NCBI GenBank assembly: GCA_951406725.2
Contig: OX597829.1
Span: 49,786,001 to 49,850,000, forward strand
Direction of reading: 5' to 3'
Origin: Octopus vulgaris
Lineage: Eukaryota
Length of the DNA: 64,000 nt
Shown in pieces: positions 26,830 to 42,052 of this stretch (position 1 is the first letter of the stretch; every line of letters starts with the position of its first letter). Under the pieces are notes generated by a model. The model searched no databases, was not told where the DNA came from, and was given only the letters and a program-made list of their open reading frames with translations. Made by a program: the position numbers and the translations under genes.

Positions 26830-27699
26830 ATACTTAATACTATAAAATTCGGATAATATATATATAGGTGTAGGAGTGGTAAGATCCTGGAGCAGTTAAA
26901 AAAAAGTAGCGCTCCCCGCTCCTCCTTTGGAGGGAGAGGGGGAGGCAGTCGAGAAGGTGGAGACCTCGAAAAAAGGAAAAAAAGCTGCGGGAGGGAGGTA
27001 AGATCCTCCGGATAAAGCGGAGGTACCACACCCTCCCGTAGCACAAGGGAGGAAAAAAAAGAATGGGACATTGCCTGCGGTTGGTAGTGCACTGCGGGAA
27101 TGTCCTGAAACCTCGTCGGTGGGGATTGTGGCACCGACGGAGGAAACTGTGGCCCCTCCCAGTGCGTTGACGGATGGTTTTGTGATCTTCCATAAGGGAG
27201 AGGTGATTCAGAGCTTCATAAGGAAGCTAGAGGGCCGAAGGGAGGGGACCTTGCCCTGGACTGAAGACCCTGATTGGCCTCCGCAGATAACTGTTCCACT
27301 GCATCACCATCTACTATAGTCTCTAGCCAGAAGTTGTTGTTGACAAACAACAGTAGTAATTTTATTCAGCTGAATACACGTCATTGATTGGTTGAAATTA
27401 CCGAAATACGACAACTTTAACACGATATAACTTCGTAAATATAAACTTTTCTCAAAAACGCTAAGAGTAAAAGATGTTTTATATGACACATTCTACCAGT
27501 ATACGAAGTTTGAAAGTGTTTAGTCCCAAAAAATTATTTTCTAAATCTGCCGGTCAAAAGGTAAAGATCCCGTCAGACTCTAATGGCAAAGGCCATATAA
27601 CTCTTCAAACTGTAGAGTTAGAATTCTGTTACGGTCAATTAGTAAACAAAGAATAAACAATCCGGGTTGGCGAGAATGGGTTATCGCCCTTAGACCTGT

Positions 27700-28030
27700 T
27701 CAGTTGACAGTCCTATTGTGTGGTATCTTGGGCAAGTGTCTTCTACTTAAGCCTCGGGACGACCAAAGCTTTGTGAGTGGATTTGGTAGACGGAAACTGA
27801 AAGAAGCCCGACGTATATATATATATATGTGTGTGGGTTTGTCCCCCCAACATTGCTTGACAACCGATGCTGGTGTGTTTATGTCACCATAACTTAGCGG
27901 TTCGGCAAAAGGGACCGATAGAATAAGTACTAGGCTTACAAAGAATAAGTCCTGGGGTCGAGATCTGCTCGACTAAAAGCGGTGCTCCAGCATGGCCACA
28001 GTCACATGACTGAAACAAGTAAAAGAGTAA
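27700..28030 (+). mobile_element. SINE family B
   Basis: CORE-like TTGGGCAAGTGTCTT and full tail to TGACTGAAACAAGTAAAAGAG. Confidence 0.8.
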
Positions 28031-28335
28031 CTATATCTCTCTGTATCTGCATTTGTGCCTAAATATATTTTTGTGTCTATATTTCTGTGTCTCCCATTGT
28101 ATTTATGTGTCTGTGTTTTCCTTTGTATCTCACTATTTTCATATTACTGTCTACCACTGTCTCACAGGCTACCACTGTACCACTCTGTATTGATACCACT
28201 GCGTACCATTGTATCTCTGCCTAACTTTTGCAATGTGCCTATCTATGTATCTGTCTAGTGTTCACCATGTATCTGTCTATTTCTGTATCAGCATCTAGCG
28301 CCATATCTGTCTATCTATGTATCCATCTACCAATA

Positions 28336-28716
28336 GGAGGCGCAATGGCCCAGTGGTTAGGGCAGCGAACTCGCGGTCATAGGATCGCGGTTTCGATTCC
28401 CAGACCGGGCGTTGTGAGTGTTTATTGAGCGAAAACACCTAAAGCTCCACGAGGCTCCGACAGGGGATGGTGGTGGTCCCTGCTGTACTCTTTCACCACA
28501 ACTTTCTCTCACTCTTACTTCCTGTTTCTGTTGTACCTGTATTTCAAAGGACCGGCCTTGTCACTCTCTGTGTCACGCTGAATATCCCCGAGAGCTACGT
28601 TATGGGTACACGTGTCTGTGGAGTGCTCAGCCACTTACACGTTAATTTCACGAGCAGGCTGTTCCGTTGATTCGGATCAACCGGAACCCTCGTCGTCGTA
28701 ACCGACGGAGTGCTTC
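28336..28716 (+). mobile_element. tRNA-derived SINE family D, full length
   Basis: A-box TGGCCCAGTGG, B-box GGTTTCGATTCCC; homologous to 23105-23447. Confidence 0.87.
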
Positions 28717-29389
28717 AAAATTCTCACATTACTATCTACCACTGTCTCACAGGCTACCACTGTACCACTCTGTATTGATATCAGTGCCTACCATTGTATC
28801 TCTGCTTAACTTTTGCATTTGTGCTTAACTATGTATCTGTCTAGTGTTCACCATGTATCTGTCTATTTCTGCATCATCTAACACCATATTTGTCTATCTT
28901 TGTATCCATCTACCAATGTGTCTCTCTGAATCTGTATCCATGTCTAAATCTATTCCTGTGTCTATATGTCAGTGGTTACCATTACATCTATATCTGATTG
29001 TATCTTCTTCTGTTGTACATGTGTCCAATACTATTCCATTAGTTAACGTCTGAACCTGTCTTTATCTACCTCTGTTGTTTTAACTTTTCCCTCTGTCTGT
29101 CTCATGACAATACTTGAAATCCATTTATGTTTAAAGATTTAAAGAGATGCAAGAATATGCAAATGCCTATAGAAACAATGATCTGCTTTTGTTTTTGTTT
29201 TTTATGTTTTTATTGTTTTTAGGATTCTTTTGCTGTTGTTGTTGTTGTTTTCTTCATTATGTTACAATGCAGATGCAGTCATAGGTATCGATTGCTTCAC
29301 AAAATGTCATTTCTTTTGGGGGTTGCAGCTAGATTAACAGAGAAAAATAGCTATGAAGTGTGGCTAGCTTGCTAGATAAAAGCATATGG

Positions 29390-30400
29390 ATACAGAGATA
29401 GACAGACACTAGACAGACTGATACATAGACAGACTGACACTTAAACAGATATCTAGAAAGACTGGTGGACAGACAGATACATAGACAGACAAGCCTGTAG
29501 ACTGACATTTCAGTAGATAGACAGGCAGGTAGACAAAGAGAGACAGACAGACAGACTGACACACAGACAGACTGATACATAGACAGACTGACACTTAGGC
29601 AGAGATCTAGAAAGACTGGTGGACAGACAGATACATAGACAGACAGGCCTGTAGACTGACATTCAAGTAGATAGACAGGCAGGTAGACAAAGAGAGACAA
29701 ACAGACAGACAGATGCAGATTTAGACAGAGGTAGAAAGGTGAACAAACAGCCAAAAAGACAAGCTGATAGTGTGGAAGTAGACAAACAGATGCAGAGACA
29801 GATAGACAGACTGATAGATAGACAGACAGATAGACAGACAAACAGATGTAGAGGTAAAAAGGACAGGGGTAGAGACAAATATAAGTATAGTGTGACAGAT
29901 GTTGTAGTAGTAGGTGCAGCACAAACTGTTAGACTCAAGCACAGAGTAAGACATAGGTATCTTAATAGATAGATACAATGACAGATACGAACATATAAAT
30001 GCAAAAATAAATTTAAATGTAGATAGAGATACAGAAAGATATAGTGGTAGATAGATACAGAGACAGACAGACGGACAGAGCGATATAGTGATAGATACAG
30101 AGACAAATAGATACAAGGATAGACACTGATAGATAAATAGACAGATACAGAGGTAGACAGACAGAGAGATACAATGCTAGACACCGATACATGAATAGAC
30201 AGATACAGAGGTAGACATTGATATAGATACAGAAATATCTATATCCATATAGAAATATACAGATACAGTTGTAGACAACTACAGTGGTAGACATTTATAT
30301 CAAAGTAGGCTATAATACAGAGGTACACACTGAGAGAAAAAAAATACATAGATATAGTGGTAGACTATATCGATATAGAAATAGGCAGATACAATGGTAA
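29390..30400. repeat. Old degenerate (GACA/GATA)n tract with a ~135-bp tandem duplication
   Basis: 29410-29545 recurs at ~29565-29705. Confidence 0.8.
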
Positions 30401-30668
30401 ATAGGTATTAACCTAAGAAATATACTGTTCTGTATCTAAGATTTTCTTACTGAAATAAGTAGCTAGCTGATGTTTTTTTCAGTTACATGGCTTATATCTG
30501 CAATGAATTGCTTAAATAAAGATTCAAAGATTTTGAAATATATTGCATATTTTGACAATATAATCAATAAAATAATTTTTCAGTTTCTTTGGAGACTAAT
30601 TTTTTTATAAATGTTTTCTTTTTTTTTTGTGTGTATCTCTTTCTCACTGCCTTCTTGATCATTGTATA

Positions 30669-30749
<81 letters not shown>

Positions 30750-30767
30750 TTATGTATATATATATAT

Positions 30768-31274
<507 letters not shown>

Positions 31275-31383
31275 CATAACCAGCCCTCTTTTAAATAAAA
31301 CAATGGAGTAAGTGAATCTCAACTTTTCTCCCATGTAGAATGTTTAGTCAATATAGCTTATTCTGTCCTGGCTCCTTCCTTCT

Positions 31384-31458
<75 letters not shown>

Positions 31459-32311
31459 GTCTTTTTATATGAGTGTGTGTGTATACACGCACACATATAT
31501 ACACACTTCTCTCTGCATGCTTCTAGTTTGAACTGTTTTGGCTTTGAATTTAATTTTTCTCTTCCATTTAAGTTATTCTGCTTAATAATGTTGCTCTTCA
31601 ACTAGTTCTCTCTATACCCATTCATATTTCTTTGCTATATCTTCTTAGTAACCATTTGAGAGAACCTGTGAATTTTTAATAAATATGAAGATGCTGTGGT
31701 AAAATTAATTCCAATAAAGCTTTCAGCATAATTGCATTTTCAGTATTTTCACGTACTAAGAGGTGAAAAGTTCAAGTTATTATCCTTCATGGTGGTCAAT
31801 ATTCCTTATCCTATTGAGAGCATTTTATTGTCTCTATGAAAACTATATCTCTGCAGCTCAAGTTTATACTTAACTGGAGGGGTAAAATGGTTTAGGTATC
31901 TAGGATTTAGTTTCCTTACAGGTTTTGTCTACAGAATCGAATGGTGCTAGTAACCTTAAGTCAAAGACTATGATATTAGAATAAGCTCAGGATATAACAT
32001 ATTTATTGCTATATTTATGTTGAAATGCACTTGCTTTGTGCTTGTCAATTATTAATACAATGAAGAATTTAATAAAATAACATAAGCTGGTGTTTGCATA
32101 AGTTAACATGACATTTTGGTGGAAAGTTTTAATTTAGCATTTAAACTGGTCATATCTGGGTCAAAATATCCCACTTTAATGTTTAAAATGGTCAAATCTG
32201 GCCTTTTATACATACCTTACAATGCTATTCTAAAAATGGATAATTACGTTGAAATCTCAAGGCTACAAGACGATGCATGTTTGATTCGGGACAATATGAA
32301 TAAATAAGCAT

Positions 32312-32639
32312 TGTGCCGGTGGCACATAAAAGAAAGCACCATCCGAACGTGGCCGATGCCAGCGCCGCCTTGGCTGGCTTCCGTGCCGGTGGCACGTTAA
32401 AAGCACCAACCGATCGTGGCCGATGACAGACTCCCCTGGCACCTGTGCCGGTGGCACGTAAAAAGCACCCACTACACTCGCGGAGTGGTTGGCGTTAGGA
32501 AGGGCATCCAACCGTAGAAACACTGTCAGATCAGACCGGAGCCTGGTGAGGGCCTCCTGGCTTCCCAGACCCCGATCGAACCGTCCAACCTGTGCTAGCG
32601 CAGAAAACGGACGTTAAACGATGATGATGATGATGATGA
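32312..32639 (+). mobile_element. 3' UTR fragment of the RTE-like LINE family, (GAT)n tail
   Basis: Matches 60630-60890. Confidence 0.85.
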
Positions 32640-32668
32640 CATATACATATATATATACATATATATAC

Positions 32669-32898
<230 letters not shown>

Positions 32899-32909
32899 TA
32901 TATAGAAGG

Positions 32910-32960
32910 AGCTTCTACAGGACTAGAACTGTTTCATTCAAGAGAAATCTTCAGGAAGCT
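32910..32960 (-). ncRNA. Type I hammerhead ribozyme in PLE pLTR
   Basis: AGCTTC-CTGAAGA-TTTCTCTTGAAT-GAAA-CAG-TTCTAGTC-CTG-TA-GAAGCT. Confidence 0.8.
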
Positions 32961-34005
32961 AGTTAACAAGAATTGTATTGGCATTTATACATTTAGGCAG
33001 GCTTAAAGGGGTGTTGGTAGGGGACTTTTTGGGGGTAGGCATAGCGCAAAATATCATACTTGGGGGAGTGGTCAAGGAGTCAGTGTTAAATTAGATAGAA
33101 GAATAAATAAAAAAATATAAAAAAATAAAAAAATATATATATAAAAAAAAGGGAATAGAGTTTTAGGTAAATAAGGAGATTCTCACTTATACCTATGCAC
33201 ATATGTATACATATATACACACACATACAAACATATATACATATACATACACACATACATACACACACACATATATACATATATATACACTTACACATAC
33301 ATATACATATCTACACATACACATATATGTATACATACACACACTCACATGCATACACGTATACACACATGTATATATACACACACGACCACACATACAT
33401 ATACACACAGAAAAATATATATACACATACACACACATACTCACATACACGCATACACACACATATCCACACACACACATGCACACACAGCACACTAGTC
33501 CCTATATACACATATATACACATACACACATATATACACACACATACATATACATACATATATATATATATATAGATACATATGTGTACCTATGCATACC
33601 TACACATACACACATATATATACACATACAAATACAGACCCATTCCCTAATTTTAATTTTATTATCTTCATTTATTACTTTTGTTATCTTTGACCGCTGG
33701 TCACAAACATCTTGGCTATGACAGCCAGTCCATTTATCTGTCTACTGGAAAACAAGCACTCATTCACTCACGCACACTCTTTAGCACGTACACTCACTCA
33801 TTCGTACACTCATACACATACACGCACGCACGCGTTATATTCATACATACATACATCTACATACATTCACGTATATACACATACGTACGCGTACCTACAG
33901 ATTCATGTCTACACTCTTAGAAGGCTAGTCTATACATATACACCAATAAATATAAATACACACACATACATATACACCTACATACACACACATACACGTA
34001 TACAT

Positions 34006-34038
<33 letters not shown>

Positions 34039-34476
34039 CAAATACATACACATACGCATATATATATATATACATACATACACACACACACATATATATA
34101 ATATATATATACACACATACACATATATACATATACACACATACATATACATACATACATATACAAATATACGCACACACATACATACATACTCATATAC
34201 ACATACACGCACATACACATGTACATGCGTACCCATACACACACACACACACGCGCATCCATATATACACATAAGTACACACATGCGTAAAAGTATACAT
34301 ATATCTATGCTTACACATACACACACACACACGCGCCTCCTTATATTCATACTTACATGCATACTCAAAAAATAAGTAAATAGTAAAATATATATACGCG
34401 CAGTTATTCATACATGCATACTCAAAAAATAAATAATAAATATTAAGTATATGTACGTGCAGTTACCTATTATATA

Positions 34477-34518
<42 letters not shown>

Positions 34519-34754
34519 TGTGTGCAAACATACATACATACTCATACACGCACACACACTTACATATACATATATACACACACTTACACACATATATACA
34601 TACACATATACATACATACATACATACATATATGCATACATACACACACACACATATATATATACATACATACACATACACATACCTATACATATATATA
34701 CACACATATATATATCACATGCACATACTTATATCTCTACATACTAATATACAC

Positions 34755-34788
<34 letters not shown>

Positions 34789-35708
34789 ATATACCTATAT
34801 ACATGTATATATACACACATATATATACACATCTACAATGTGCATCTACACTCACATACATGCACATACACATAACTCTACATACCTACATATACATCGA
34901 CATACTCGCGTACACTCATATATGTACACATATATACATATACACACACACATACATATACATATACATATATATATATATAAATATATACATAATACAC
35001 ATATACACACACATACATATATATATACACACACACACACACTCACACACACATACATACATATATATATATACATATATATATATACATACATACACAC
35101 ATACATACATGTACATATATATATACATATACATATATATACACACACATACATATATCAACAATTTAGGGTAAAGTTAATTAGTTATTAATCAATTTCA
35201 CCAAGTATTCAGTATGTAAAAGGACCATTATTTTTTTGAGTAAAACAATGTCTGAGGGAAAATATTCTCTAAGTAGTGGAAGAGGCTAAAAAACTTTTTT
35301 GGCTGCTATTTCTAGAAAGTTCAGTATGTGACAAAGTAATTTATTTTACTAAGCCCTAATTATATAATATTTTATACATACATACACATACATACACACA
35401 TACATATACACATACATATGCATACACACATATATACATATATACATATATACATATATACATATATACACACACACACACACACGCACATACATATATA
35501 TATATATATATTTTTTTTTTTACATACATACACACACACACACACATAATACATGCGTATATTCCTACTATACCCATACATTTCTATACATATATACGAT
35601 ACACATATACAAGCGTGCACATACAATATGTGAAAGGTCTTAGGAGAAAAGGTAATCGGGGGTGCTAGGGGAACGGTGGGATTGGGGGGTTTTGTGGGTG
35701 GGGTGTCA

Positions 35709-36170
35709 TCAATCTGGTTGCCGGGTAGGTCTATAGTTCTTGTAGTTCGCATACTTCTTATGCATGCAATTTGGGGAGTGTTCTGAGATTTTGTTAAGGA
35801 GAGGGCCTTTGGCGAACAAGATCTCTAGGCTCTCCGATATGCAGAGGTCACAGCAGGTATGGCCTCCTGTGTACGAGCGCGCCTTCTGTAGTAGTTTCCA
35901 CTTGGTCTTGAAGGGGATGGAGTTCCTTTTAAGGTACCAGATGTGGGCGGCGAGGGTAGTTTGGTTGGATTTATCCTGTCGCCGGAACGAGTGTGTGTGT
36001 GCGTACCAACGGGTCTTAAAGCTGTTTGACGTCATTCCGATGTAGGATTTTCTTTTATCGTCAGGGCCTGATCTTACCTCGCATGTATATACTAGGTCCC
36101 TCTGTAGGCAGTTGTTGTTGAGGGGGCAGGTGGTTTATCAGGGCAGTTGCAATTGCTATCGGACGTTGGA
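35709..36170 (-). pseudogene. PLE GIY-YIG endonuclease C-terminal fragment
   Basis: CNC...CPLNNNCLQRDLVYTCEV...SYIGMTSNSFKTRWYAH...TTLAAHIW...CDLCISE...LLNK...CMHK; one frameshift. Confidence 0.88.
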
Positions 36171-36928
36171 CGTAGCCAAGATGTTTGTGACCAGCGGTCA
36201 AAGATAACAAAAGTAATAAATGAAGATAATAAAATTAAAATTAGGGAATGGGTCTGTATTTGTATGTGTATATATATGTGTGTATGTGTAGGTATGCATA
36301 GGTACACATATGTATATATATATATATATATATGTATGTATATGTATGTGTGTGTATATATGTGTGTATGTGTATATATGTGTATACAGGGACTAGTGTG
36401 CTGTGTGTGCATGTGTGTGTGTGGATATGTGTGTGTATGCGTGTATGTGAGTATGTGTGTGTATGTGTATATATATTTTTCTGTGTGTATATGTATGTGT
36501 GGTCGTGTGTGTATATATACATGTGTGTATACGTGTATGCATGTGAGTGTGTGTATGTATACATATATGTGTATGTGTAGATATGTATATGTATGTGTAA
36601 GTGTATATATATGTATATATGTGTGTGTGTATGTATGTGTGTATGTATATGTATATATGTTTGTATGTGTGTGTATATATGTATACATATGTGCATAGGT
36701 ATAAGTGAGAATCTCCTTATTTACCTAAAACTATTCCCTTTTTTTTATATATATATTTTTTTATTTTTTTATATTTTTTTATTTATTCTTCTATCTAATT
36801 TAACACTGACTCCTTGACCACTCCCCCAAGTATGATATTTTGCGCTATGCCTACCCCCAAAAAGTCCCCCACCAACACCCCTTTAAGCCTGCCTAAATGT
36901 ATAAATGCCAATACAATTCTTGTTAACT

Positions 36929-36979
36929 AGCTTCCTGAAGATTTCTCTTGAATGAAACAGTTCTAGTCCTGTAGAAGCT
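36929..36979 (+). ncRNA. Type I hammerhead ribozyme in inverted pLTR copy
   Basis: Identical motif to 32910-32960 on the opposite strand. Confidence 0.8.
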
Positions 36980-37062
36980 CCTTCTATATAATAAATTAAT
37001 TTTACTCTGCTATGTATTGAGTACCTTATTTACTGTGGTTAACCCCGAATCAACCCGGGACC

Positions 37063-37167
<105 letters not shown>

Positions 37168-37268
37168 TCACACACGTGTATATATATATATATATACACA
37201 CTCACACGCACATACACACACATATATATATATATAGGGATAAATATTTTATATATAAAGAACGTGAA

Positions 37269-37303
<35 letters not shown>

Positions 37304-37307
<4 letters not shown>

Positions 37308-38430
37308 CTCATCCATAAATAATGCAGTTTTTGCAACAGCATTAACTAAAAGTCGGAGGGGGTTGAGATAAACTACCTGCATCAACTTGCTATAAAAGCA
37401 GGTAATAATTTTACCCTTTTTTTTTTTTTCTTATTCTTAGTGCAAGTTTTGAAGAGTGCAGTTCGATTTTAACAGTTATGTTTTCAAAGTTATAATGGAA
37501 GTGAAAAAAGAGTGTATTCGGTATATTTTGCTTTATGAGTTCAATAAAAGCAACAACACAATGGAAAGTGTGAGGAATATTAATGCAGTGTATTGGGGAT
37601 TGGACAATAAGTGTTAAGCCAGTGTCAACGGTGGTTCCAGAAATTCTAAGCCAGAAACTACAGCCTAGAAGACGAGCCTCTTCCTGAAAGATCTATAGAG
37701 TTCAATGAGGACGTCCTGCAAATCCAGGTGGAACAAAATCTCATCGTAACTGTTAAGGAAGCAGCAGCAATGCTTGGATTCACTCATTCAACCATTCATC
37801 AACACCTGCGTGCCACTGGAAGAGTCAGCAAATTGGGTCAATGGGTTCCTCACAAACTTTCTGAGTCTAGTCACGCACAGAGAGTGAATGTGTGCTCTTC
37901 TTTGCCGTCACATCTCACTAATGAACCATTTTGGGACCAAATAGTGACTGGTGATAAGAAATACGTCCTCTATAAAAATGTCAAGTACCGAAGACAGTGG
38001 GTAGGGAAACACTGGCACCTCAGGTTCAAGAAGGTTTTCACCCATGTCAGGTGTTGTGGCTTAAGTCAGTGCTAGAAGAAATATGACCACCTTTGGTTTC
38101 AAGACAAAAGGTGTTCTTCCATCAGGATAATGATTGGCCACATACAACGAGGATGACATCCCAAAGGCTGGAGCAGTTTCAATGGGAAACGATGCCCCAC
38201 CCACCATATTCACCAGACATTGCTCCATCTGATTATCATTTATTCCACTGTCTTCAAAATCATTTGGACAGAAAAAATATGAATTCTGTAGACTAGGTCA
38301 GAACAGTAATGGAGGAGTATTTTTCATCACGGACAAATGAATTTTGGAAGAGGGGCCTTGCAAGTCTACCAGATAGATAGAAGAGCATTGTAGGAAATGA
38401 AGGAGAATATATTTTAGATTAAAAAAGACC
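37304..38430 (+). pseudogene. Mariner (DD34D) transposon, defective; transposase 37495-38422
   Basis: WVPHKL, IVTGDKK, HQDN, PHPPYSPDIAPSDYHLF, GEYILD*; left TIR TTGGCTCATCCATAAATAATGC after TA; frameshifts, internal deletion, right TIR not seen. Confidence 0.92.
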
Positions 38431-38496
38431 TTTGTTTATCTTAATATACAAATACATGCACATATACACACATACATACATACATACATACATACA

Positions 38497-38530
<34 letters not shown>

Positions 38531-39290
38531 CATACATACATACATACATATATACATACATACATACATACATACATACATACATACATACATACATACA
38601 TACATACATACATACATACATACATACATACGTACATACATACATACATATATGCATACATAAACACACAAAAGAGTAGAATGTGATTTGAAGAAGATTT
38701 TTGCTGCTATTTCTAGCAGATTGAACATTCACATTGAGGCTCCTTAGCTGAATCATACAGTAAGTAGTTAGAAGTATCTCCATACACCTCTACTTACTGA
38801 AATTTGGGTGCCAATTTGATAGCTTAGTCAATCAAACTGATACCAATGCTTATCTTAAGTCAAGCATTTATTTTATCAGTTTCTTTTTGCCAAATCTCTA
38901 AGTGACAAAGATGTTGTAACAAAAAGATATTTCTGAATTTGAGTAACCAGCTACAAGGTTTGTTGAAGTTATATTTTGGCCATTGAGATTTTAAATGCCA
39001 AAATATTTATTTTCTATCATTAACAAGTGTATAATTATAATGATTAGCACAAGTGACGGTGACAGAACAGGTATTTACACCAAAATAACAGTTAATCAAT
39101 GAGGTACAAAGGTGAGTGGACTGTCTAGCAACATGACAGGTATCTGTCCTACTGAAATGAATTGATTGATTCTAGCAGCTCGCTGGTTTAGATGTGTCAT
39201 CGTCATCATTGCCATCCATTGATCTTGATGTTACAACCAAGTGTGCACTACTTTGCTAACAGACTTTACTCACTAATGGCTAAAAGGTAC

Positions 39291-42035
39291 TGTAACGAGC
39301 TTCGTGAGTGAGTGAATATCTTGTCTTGTACTTTCGGGGTACAAGAAAGCAATCACTAGCCGTTACTTTAATAATCCAGAATTCTACTAGTCAGAAACAA
39401 CAAGACGCAGACGTAAAAGATATATATACTACTTTATTCTCTTTCTTGGTAACAGTAACAATAAGTGTGTTATCTGATGTCCTTGGTTCGGGGCGCGCAA
39501 GGCTGAAAGTTAATCGATTGTAATATTTACAATATTCAGCCGCTAAAACCAGAACGGATTCAAGATGGCGTCGAACAATGGAGACGATGTTGGTCTGCAA
39601 CAATTTGGTTAAAGGCCTTTTGGTAAGGACTGCTAGAAGCAAGTTCGAACGGAGAGAAAATATGCGTGACCGCCGCCTTCAATCGCTGCCGTCCCAAGTC
39701 CCCGCTGCTGCTGCCAGCGGTCAAACGTTCTACGGCCCCTTGCCTCGCTAACTGCTACGTAGGCAATAGGGTTCTTCTTCCGGTGCTTCGCGCATGCGCG
39801 AGAGGGCCCTTCCTCTCACTTGGTGAAGGCACCAATACGCGCAAAATACAAATGGACGGTGCGCGAGCGCGCGCCGTTATAGGGTCACTACAAGGCTCCC
39901 CTCCAGTGCGTACGCACGAAAGGAAACTTATTGTAGTGACTGCAAAACTCAAGGTGGACACCAGATAACCAAATAGCACACAATAATATAATGGCAAAAT
40001 TTATAACATACACAAGAAATTTACTAAAGGAAAAAGAGAAAAAATACTCAATGAGCAAAAATCAAGAGTGCATGCATGAAAGTGTATACGTCACAAAGTA
40101 TAAACCCTTCCGCTGAAGGAGCGGAGGAAAAGCAAAACTCACAGTTAATGAACCTAAACGAAATTAAAATCCAACTTCTCTAAAGGTGGTTGATCCTGCA
40201 AAATAGCAGTTAAATCAATTGCTGCAGGAGAGGAAATGGAATTGGCAGAAGCTCGCTAGTAACACAAAAGGCAAAAGTGCAAACATGCTGGTGTGATGCG
40301 CGACACAGATAATTTTCTGTTAATTACGTGACCAACAGTGGTCTAACAGGGAAAAATAATTACGCCTAAACATGGCGCAGCGCATGTGAACATCCGACGT
40401 CCTATGAGTCGGGAAAAGAATTAAGCTAGCGCAAACGTGTTGCAAAAAACAAGGCAATACACGTGCGAAGCAAAAGGCGCATGAAATGCAATAGTGCTTG
40501 CCAGACCAAAAAACAGCAAGAATATGCCAGTGGTTGAGCGATTATATGCCTCGTTCGTACAGGAACAAAGGTATGACATGCTGGCGCGTTATAATGGACA
40601 AACAACCCTCTCTATGTATACGTGACCGCTAGGGTCTATAGAAATGAGGGGTGTCCACAAAAGGCAAATTTAGCATGGAACAAAACAAGCGAGAAAAGCA
40701 TGTGTGACGTATGTATGTGAGAGAGAGCATTTATGTGTGTGTACGTGTGTGCGACAGAAATACATACAAGGTGAATGCGAGCAAAATATAAAAACAGCGC
40801 ATAGAAAAAATGTCTCTCAAGGCTATTCCAGACAAGAGTTAATTTACCAGTCTCTAATAGCCTGAAGCACAATAGCAGTTCGTTCTGTAACAGAATGTTG
40901 AGATCACAAATGCAGATGCCGATTGAACACATATCGTGTAGCGGTTGTGGCTTCAATGCTGTGACAGGTTAACTGGAACAGAAGAAATCTCGTAGATAGT
41001 GCTGGGCTGTGAATTCTTGGTGTGCTAATGCACAAACGGCAAGTGGACCAAACTTCCGCGAGTTGCTATGTACATCTTGGTGGAGGTCGACGGTGTTGAA
41101 AGGCGACGTTGGTGGTGGAAGGCGACTGTAGTGGACTTGAGACAACATCGTTCTTAGTGATGATGGCGACGAAGATAACGACGACGTGAAGTAGAAAGAC
41201 GACGATGATGATGACGAAGGTGGAGAAAAGGCATCGAATATATGATGGCGTCCGTCATCATGGCTGTAGAATAAGAAAGAGGCTCCTTCTACAACTGTTT
41301 GTGGTGGCCGGAAACAAATCGTCGAAAGATGAATGCGTAGAGTTAAATCGTGTTCCGACTTCGCAGAAAAACTGGATTTCTTTGTTGTTAAGTGATCTCT
41401 GGTTTTAGACCAGAATCACGTCGGTGTCACCACTGTAACGAGCTTCGTGAGTGAGTGAATATCTTGTCTTGTACTTTCGGGGTACAAGAAAGCAATCACT
41501 AGCCGTTGCTTTAATAATCCAGAATTCTACTAGTCAGAAACAACAAGACACAGACGTAAAAGATATATATACTACTTTATTCTCTTTCTTGGTAACAGTA
41601 ACAATAAGTGTGTTATCTGATGTCCTTGGTTCGGGGCGCGCAAGGCTGAAAGTTAATCGATTGTAATATTTACAATATTCAGCCGCTAAAACCAGAACGG
41701 ATTCAAGATGGCGTCGAACAATGGAGACGATGTTGGTCTGCAACAATTTGGTTAAAGGCCTTTTGGTAAGGACTGCTAGAAGCAAGTTCGAACGGAGAGA
41801 AAATATGCGTGACCGCCGCCTTCAATCGCTGCCGTCCCAAGTCCCCGCTGCTGCTGCCAGCGGTCAAACGTTCTACGGCCCCTTGCCTCGCTAACTGCTA
41901 CGTAGGCAATAGGGTTCTTCTTCCGGTGCTTCGCGCATGCGCGAGAGGGCCCTTCCTCTCACTTGGTGAAGGCACCAACACGCGCGAAATACAAATGGAC
42001 GGTGCGCGAGCGCGCGCCGTTATAGGGTCACTACA
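39291..42035 (-). mobile_element. Non-autonomous LTR retrotransposon (Gypsy-like), 602-bp LTRs
   Basis: LTRs 39291-39892 and 41434-42035 (TG...CA), GTAC TSD, PBS TGGTGACACCGACGTGAT, PPT GGAGGGGAG; no pol ORF. Confidence 0.93.
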
Positions 42036-42052
42036 GTACTAAGTATATAGAA

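Noticed and set aside
27320-27571. Possible DNA transposon end (GGGATCTTTACC on the minus strand)
   Set aside because: No partner TIR or TSD found
39308-42042. Duplicated ORFs of 70-100 aa
   Set aside because: Chance ORFs inside the two LTR copies
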